Below are positions 58,991 through 64,000 of a stretch of 64,000 nt of DNA, in pieces. How positions within the stretch are numbered: position 1 is the first letter of the stretch; each line of letters opens with the position of its first letter. Under the pieces are notes generated by a model. That model saw nothing but the letters and a program-made list of their open reading frames with translations. It had not been told where the DNA came from and did no database searches. A program made the position numbers and the translations under genes. The DNA comes from an uncultured Candidatus Saccharibacteria bacterium (GTDB lineage: Bacteria; Patescibacteriota; Minisyncoccia; Phycocordibacterales; PALSA-1337): the NCBI GenBank assembly GCA_964416985.1, contig CAYQFS010000001.1, forward strand, positions 153,365 to 217,364. Direction: 5' to 3'.

Positions 58991-60175
58991 TTATGGCAAA
59001 AACTGCTTGACCCAAGAGACGATAGCCTTCCAGGTTTTGATGAGGAATTGCCCGCTGTTGTCGAGAGGGACATCTTCGTCAGTATGAGCGCCGAGAATAC
59101 AGAGACCGTAAGCAACGGCAAATGTCGAATCGCGAAGACTTTGTTTTTCCTGATTTCCGATCTGTACATAGCCGAGTCGAGATGGGAGACGAAGAGCGTT
59201 CTTTGCGAGCTCTTCAATTCCATTTAATCCTGCACCGCCACCAAGAATGACAACACCTGCCGGGAGAAGTCCATTTCTTCCAATCTTTTTTAAATGAGTT
59301 TCGATAAGTTCGAAAACGTCAGAAAGACGCGCAGAGATAATTTCCTCAAGTTTCTTGCGAGGGAATGCACTTCCAGTAATTGCCCCAATTTTAATTTGCT
59401 CGGCTTCTTCGAGAGGAACCTTGAGACCGAGAGCGATGTCATTTGTAATGTCGGTTGAGCCAATAGGAAAGACTTCGAGAGAAGCAGGTGTGTTATTTTC
59501 AAAGACTGCAATGGAGACTGTTTCGGCACCAATGTTTGTGAGGACGCAGCCGGCCATTTTTTGTGATTTTGAGAGAGTCACGAAGCTTGCCGCGACGGGT
59601 GCGGCCATGACGTCTTGAACGGCGATACCAGCTTCTTCGACTGCCTGAATGATGTCATTCAAGTGGTGCTCAATGCAGGTAATATAGAGCATTTTAACCT
59701 CAAATTTGCTTGCTTTCATTCCTTCAGGTTTTCCAAGAGCAATTTTCCCGTCAAGCTTGTAATGAAGGGGAATGCTGTTAATGATTTTTTTATTTAAAAC
59801 GAGAGCAGGAGCGAGATCCTTTTCACACTGGTCCTGAACTTTCTTGATGTCGAGAGGAGTGATCTCTGAGTCAGCACGAGAGATAATAATAGAACTTGTC
59901 GATGAAACACTTCCAAGACCTACTCCTCCAATTGCCACAAAAGCTTTCTTTACTTTTACTCCGGCCCTCTTTTCTGCTTCGGCAACTGCTTGGCGAATGC
60001 TTTCGGAAACATCGCGTGGATTTAGAATATATCCATGACGAAGACCTCGCGACTCAGATGTGCCGATGGCGATGATCTTTGGGAAGCCTTTTTCATTTCG
60101 TTCATCCCTGCTCGCAATAACCACCTTTACTTGGTGGGTCCCGATGTCAATGCCGGTGATGATGGATCGTGTCAT
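58991..60175 (-). CDS. ftsA: cell division protein FtsA
   Basis: Actin-fold 'GIDIGTHQVKVVIA', 'ILGGGA' and FtsA 1C domain. Confidence 0.9.
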   Translation of the reverse strand: MTRSIITGIDIGTHQVKVVIASRDERNEKGFPKIIAIGTSESRGLRHGYILNPRDVSESIRQAVAEAEKRAGVKVKKAFVAIGGVGLGSVSSTSSIIISRADSEITPLDIKKVQDQCEKDLAPALVLNKKIINSIPLHYKLDGKIALGKPEGMKASKFEVKMLYITCIEHHLNDIIQAVEEAGIAVQDVMAAPVAASFVTLSKSQKMAGCVLTNIGAETVSIAVFENNTPASLEVFPIGSTDITNDIALGLKVPLEEAEQIKIGAITGSAFPRKKLEEIISARLSDVFELIETHLKKIGRNGLLPAGVVILGGGAGLNGIEELAKNALRLPSRLGYVQIGNQEKQSLRDSTFAVAYGLCILGAHTDEDVPLDNSGQFLIKTWKAIVSWVKQFLP

Positions 60176-60221
60176 GAGTGTCTGAGGCGTCAGTCTGAAA
60201 AAATAAGTGCCTCATGCACTT

Positions 60222-60566
60222 CTAAATTCCAAATTCCTTTCGGAAACGAGCCTCGATACTCTCCATTGTACTACCATGGTCGAATCCTTTCAAATGGATA
60301 AGTCCGTGGATAAATAAAAAACCGAGAAAATTCTCGTACGAACGCTCAAATTTCTTCGCTTCTTTTTTTGCTTCTGAAAGACAGATATATATTTCGCCTT
60401 CCGTTTCCGAAAGAGGAAAACTGAGAATGTCTGTCGGCTTATCAAGATTGCGGTACGCGAGGTTCAACTGCCTCATACGCGCAGGACCGACAAAAGCTAC
60501 GGAGAGATCGTAGCTTTTTCCGAGGATTTTTGTTTTCATTTGCTCAAAGAGAGCCTCTCTCTTCAT
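60222..60566 (-). CDS. ybeY: rRNA maturation endoribonuclease YbeY
   Basis: 'HGLIHLKGFDH' zinc motif. Confidence 0.9.
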   Translation of the reverse strand: MKREALFEQMKTKILGKSYDLSVAFVGPARMRQLNLAYRNLDKPTDILSFPLSETEGEIYICLSEAKKEAKKFERSYENFLGFLFIHGLIHLKGFDHGSTMESIEARFRKEFGI

Positions 60567-60568
60567 AT

Positions 60569-60814
60569 TTATCGTGAGAAACGAGATGTCTTTTCAGGCA
60601 TTTTTCCGAGTTTAATGAGCTCCTGAATTTCTGCTTTTCGGCGGATCGACTTCAACGTCTTTACCTTTGTTTTGTATGAGGAAAGCTGGCGCTCATTGTA
60701 GCGAAGGCTTCGAACGCGAGGAAGGATTCCTGCGCCCTGGACTTTCTTTGTGAAGCGTCGGAGAACTCCGAGCGCATTTTCGCTGCCATTTCGTGTAATT
60801 TCTACGTTTATCAT
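60569..60814 (-). CDS. rpsU: 30S ribosomal protein S21
   Basis: 'ALGVLRRFTKKVQGAGIL...RRK' matches the S21 pattern. Start taken at MINVEI. Confidence 0.7.
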   Translation of the reverse strand: MINVEITRNGSENALGVLRRFTKKVQGAGILPRVRSLRYNERQLSSYKTKVKTLKSIRRKAEIQELIKLGKMPEKTSRFSR

Positions 60815-60842
60815 AGTGGAAGGAATAGTACCATAAGGCCTA

Positions 60843-62129
60843 TTATTTCTCAAGTTTCTTCATGTGGCTTGCTAGTTGGTCGAGAGGAACGATGTCTTGA
60901 GCATGAGTGTCGGTATTTCGCACAATAGCAGTCTTTTCCATTGCTTCTTTTTTACCAAGGATAATGGAATACGGGATATGATTTTTCTCGACAGCGGAAA
61001 CCTGGGCTCCGAGGCGGTCTTTTGCAAGTGAAAGACAGAGAGGAATCTTAACCTGGCGAAGGCTCTCGATGACGGAAAGTGAAAGTAGTTTTGATTCAAA
61101 ACCGAGCTGCACAAATGATGCAAATGGTTTCTTCATCTTCTTCACTTCTTTTCGGAGCTCCGGAGATCCACCTTTAACGAGTAGTGAAATACCCACACCC
61201 TGAACCTCTCGTTTCATGCCAATCTTTTTTGAGAGACTGTCGTAACGGACGCCGATTGCTAGTATTTTGTGATCCTTGTTTTTGCCTTTTTCCTTGTGAT
61301 CATAGTCGCTATTTGTTATTGCAAAGATAGTTTCGGTGCAATATTTTCTGTTTCCAATGAGATGGTTGTTTATTTTGTAAGGAATGCCGAGGGCTTCGAG
61401 GTACTCAAGCACCTCCTGAAAATGAATGCGGCTTGATTCGGTAAGAAAGTCCATCGATCGTGGCGCACCCTCATTTATTTTTTTGCACTTTTCATTTTGG
61501 CAGCTCAAGAGATCGAGAGGATCTTTTTTTAAAAGCTGACGACACTCGGCGTGCATGTCATTTATGTGTTTTCGGTAGAAGTTCGTGAGATCTCGAGTGA
61601 ATCGGGCAATAGAATCCTTATCTCCGATGCTATTTATTTCGACCGCGATATTTTCGTAGCCTTCTTCGGCAAGCATCACCCGGGCTGTCTGAATGAGGGT
61701 CGCTTCGGCAATACTTCTTGAGTTTCCAATGATCTCGAGATCTGAATATCGATGGTAGTCTCCAGCCTTCTTGAGGGAGCCCTTGAATGGCTCTTTAAAA
61801 TAGAGCATCACAGGCTGGGAATAATTGTGCATATTCTTTTCCTGATACATACGGAGAAGGGCAATCTTTTCTTCAACATGGAGAGGCAAATGTGTTCGAG
61901 TTTCTTCGTCGTCACCGACATAATCACCCTCGAGAAGTGTTCGAGCATTATCGAGATCAATTTTCTTTATTCCAGGACTCTCTTCGGGTGTAAAACCATA
62001 GTAGACTGCAATTTCTCCAATCTTATCAAGGTGATTGTAATTACGGAATTTTGACTCAGACTGGCTCTTGTTTTCTTTCGTCGCTTCCTTGTGGGGTTTT
62101 TTGAGTGGTGTTGCTCTCATGGTATTCAA
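60843..62129 (-). CDS. hisS: class II aminoacyl-tRNA synthetase, HisRS-like (divergent catalytic N-terminus, canonical anticodon-binding domain)
   Basis: The middle region aligns to HisRS ('EINSIGD..', 'GVRYDSL', 'VQGVGISL'). C-terminal class IIa anticodon-binding domain. Motif 2 arginines are degenerate. Confidence 0.55.
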   Translation of the reverse strand: MNTMRATPLKKPHKEATKENKSQSESKFRNYNHLDKIGEIAVYYGFTPEESPGIKKIDLDNARTLLEGDYVGDDEETRTHLPLHVEEKIALLRMYQEKNMHNYSQPVMLYFKEPFKGSLKKAGDYHRYSDLEIIGNSRSIAEATLIQTARVMLAEEGYENIAVEINSIGDKDSIARFTRDLTNFYRKHINDMHAECRQLLKKDPLDLLSCQNEKCKKINEGAPRSMDFLTESSRIHFQEVLEYLEALGIPYKINNHLIGNRKYCTETIFAITNSDYDHKEKGKNKDHKILAIGVRYDSLSKKIGMKREVQGVGISLLVKGGSPELRKEVKKMKKPFASFVQLGFESKLLSLSVIESLRQVKIPLCLSLAKDRLGAQVSAVEKNHIPYSIILGKKEAMEKTAIVRNTDTHAQDIVPLDQLASHMKKLEK

Positions 62130-62147
62130 TATGTTTTTCTTTCGATG

Positions 62148-62705
62148 TTATACTCCTGGAAACAGGGACATTTTTGTTGGGGGATAGAGTCGGATAAATG
62201 GGCGGCCGACTATGTACTTTTCTTCGAGAGGTCCCCATTCCCTTGAGTCAGAACTCTCTATTCTGTTGTCTCCCATTACAAAATATTCGGTAGGACCGAG
62301 TTTGACGGTGAAGGTTGCTGATGTTTGGCGGCTGAGTTCGACGTGAGGATCGGGTAAAATCATTCCCTCGGAGTGTTCCGCATTTACGATGGTGATTTTT
62401 CCATCTTTCATTGAGATTGTCTCTCCAGGAAGTCCGATAACTCTCTTGATAAAAAATTTTTTTGGATTGTTTGGGTAGCGGAAAATGATGACCGCTTCTC
62501 GTTCAGGTTTCTCAAAATGATACGTAAGCTGGTCGACTATCAAATACTGACTCGTGCTAAAGGTCGGCTCCATTGATGCGCCGTCGACGATGAATGGCTG
62601 AGCAACATAGAGTCGAATAGGGATAACAATGGCGATTGCAATTAGGGTAAATTTTACGATTTCTCTCAAAAAATTTTCTTTAGGCTGGTTTTCTTGAGGT
62701 TCCAT
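62148..62705 (-). CDS. lepB: signal peptidase I
   Basis: 'VDGASMEPTF' Ser box, 'KRVIGLPGE' Lys box, 'GDNRIESSDSREWG'. Confidence 0.9.
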   Translation of the reverse strand: MEPQENQPKENFLREIVKFTLIAIAIVIPIRLYVAQPFIVDGASMEPTFSTSQYLIVDQLTYHFEKPEREAVIIFRYPNNPKKFFIKRVIGLPGETISMKDGKITIVNAEHSEGMILPDPHVELSRQTSATFTVKLGPTEYFVMGDNRIESSDSREWGPLEEKYIVGRPFIRLYPPTKMSLFPGV

Positions 62706-62780
62706 AGAATTTGATGGAGTAATTGTAGTATGGATAATCGTTTGACACAAGATTTATATCTGTGCCACACTTATGTCATG

Positions 62781-63374
62781 CCATACATAATTGCAGGTTT
62801 AGGAAATCCGGGAGATGAATATGTCGAAACACGACACAATACAGGAAGAATTGTTCTTGAGGCGCTTCGAAGTGCTCACAAAATTGATGATTTTAAGTCC
62901 GACAAGAAAAGTAGCGCCCTCATTGTTAAGGGAGAGATTGGAAAAGAGATGGTGATGCTTGTCGAACCTGAAACTTTTATGAATAATTCAGGAAAATCAA
63001 TCGCATATTTTGTGAAGAGTGTAAAAGCTGCGGAAAAATTGATTGTAATTTACGACGATTTCAATTTACCCCTTGGAAAAATCCGTATCTCATTTAACAG
63101 AAGTTCGGGAGGTCACAACGGTCTCGAATCAATTATCAAATCTGTAAAAACAGAAGCCTTCGTTCGTGTACGAATTGGTGTTGCTCCAGAAACAGCAAAA
63201 GGAACGGCAAAAGTCCCTCATGGTGATGACAAAATTGAAAAGTTTATTCTTGGAAACTACAAGCCAGATGAAATGAAGGAATTAAAAAAAGTTGCTAAGG
63301 TCGCAGTTGAGGCGATTGAAACAATTTTGAAGGAGGGAAGGGAAAAAGCGATGAGCGTGTATAATGCGGGGTAA
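62781..63374 (+). CDS. pth: peptidyl-tRNA hydrolase
   Basis: 'IIAGLGNPGDEYVETRHNTG' and 'GGHNG' motifs. Confidence 0.9.
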   Translation, partial: PYIIAGLGNPGDEYVETRHNTGRIVLEALRSAHKIDDFKSDKKSSALIVKGEIGKEMVMLVEPETFMNNSGKSIAYFVKSVKAAEKLIVIYDDFNLPLGKIRISFNRSSGGHNGLESIIKSVKTEAFVRVRIGVAPETAKGTAKVPHGDDKIEKFILGNYKPDEMKELKKVAKVAVEAIETILKEGREKAMSVYNAG

Positions 63375-63406
63375 ACAAAAAAACCGGGTAGAACCGGTTT
63401 TTTTAT
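63375..63406. terminator. bidirectional terminator (pth / rpsA)
   Basis: A7-CCGGTTCTACCCGG-T7 palindrome. Confidence 0.7.
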
Positions 63407-63425
63407 CGTGCGTTGATAAGTGAAA

Positions 63426-64000
63426 TTACTTCTTCTCTCCCACAAACGCCAATGTCATCTTCTGTTCCTTTGCATCGAAGAGTGTGATCTTGAAGTTGTA
63501 GTTCTTTCCGAGTTCGAGGTTCTTTCGGAGCTTTTCTTCGCTACCGAATTCTGAAACATGGACAAGTCCGGCAATTCCTTCTTCAATTGAAGCGAGAGCT
63601 CCGTGCTTGTTGAACTTGATAACAACTCCCTGGACCTGCATATCCTTCTTGTATTTCTTTCCAGCTTCAACCCAAGGATTTTCTTTGAGGGCTTTGATAG
63701 AGAGGGAAATCTTTCCTTCCTTGATTTCAATAATCTTCACCTTTACTTTCTGACCAACCTTGAAGAGTACTCGAGGATCTTCGACGAGTGCCCAGTCGAT
63801 TTCTGAAATGTGGACGAGGCCTTCAAGCCCATCTTCGATCTTGACGAAGACTCCAAAGTCAACGATTCCTGTAACTGTTCCGCTGACTTCGTCTTCGACT
63901 TTGTATTTTCCGATAATCTTTTCCTTGTCCTTCTGTTCTGGGCTCTTTTCAGAGAAAATAAGCTTTCCTTCCTTTGGAAGTGCAGAAATGATAGACACTG
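63426..64000 (-). CDS. rpsA: ribosomal protein S1-like (tandem S1 RNA-binding domains), 3' part; continues beyond window
   Basis: Two S1 domains ('GTVTGIVDFGVFVKIEDGLEGLVHISEI', 'VQGVVIKFNKHGALASIEEGIAGLVHVSEF'). The ORF is open at the window end. Confidence 0.75.
   Translation of the reverse strand, partial: VSIISALPKEGKLIFSEKSPEQKDKEKIIGKYKVEDEVSGTVTGIVDFGVFVKIEDGLEGLVHISEIDWALVEDPRVLFKVGQKVKVKIIEIKEGKISLSIKALKENPWVEAGKKYKKDMQVQGVVIKFNKHGALASIEEGIAGLVHVSEFGSEEKLRKNLELGKNYNFKITLFDAKEQKMTLAFVGEKK

Overview
The window reads as a low-GC (~40%) streamlined bacterial genome of Patescibacteria/CPR type. Genes are tightly packed, there is a minimal division and envelope set (FtsZ, FtsA, FtsB-like, MurJ, signal peptidase I), several free-standing LAGLIDADG homing endonucleases and a reduced RNase P RNA.

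Confident housekeeping calls:
- Glycolysis and core metabolism: 2,3-bisphosphoglycerate-independent phosphoglycerate mutase, enolase, class I ribonucleotide reductase NrdA/NrdB, TrxB.
- Chaperones and secretion: GroES/GroEL, SecG.
- RNA metabolism and translation: RNase J, TsaD, LepA, YbeY, ribosomal protein S21, a divergent HisRS-like synthetase, Pth, and S1 (partial).
- RNA genes: six tRNAs (Ser-GGA, Phe-GAA, Val-GAC, Ser-CGA, Glu-UUC, and one non-canonical tRNA-like element), an RNase P RNA at 34443-34732, and an unclassified ~330-nt structured RNA at 21433-21763.

Accessory content:
- A two-component system with a putative three-site regulon.
- A DedA-PAP2 fusion protein.
- Three ABC exporters.
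- GC-shifted islets next to tRNA genes.
- A cluster of small hypothetical genes punctuated by a recurring GAAGATGGTG-type repeat.

No CRISPR array, rRNA or recognisable transposase was found.
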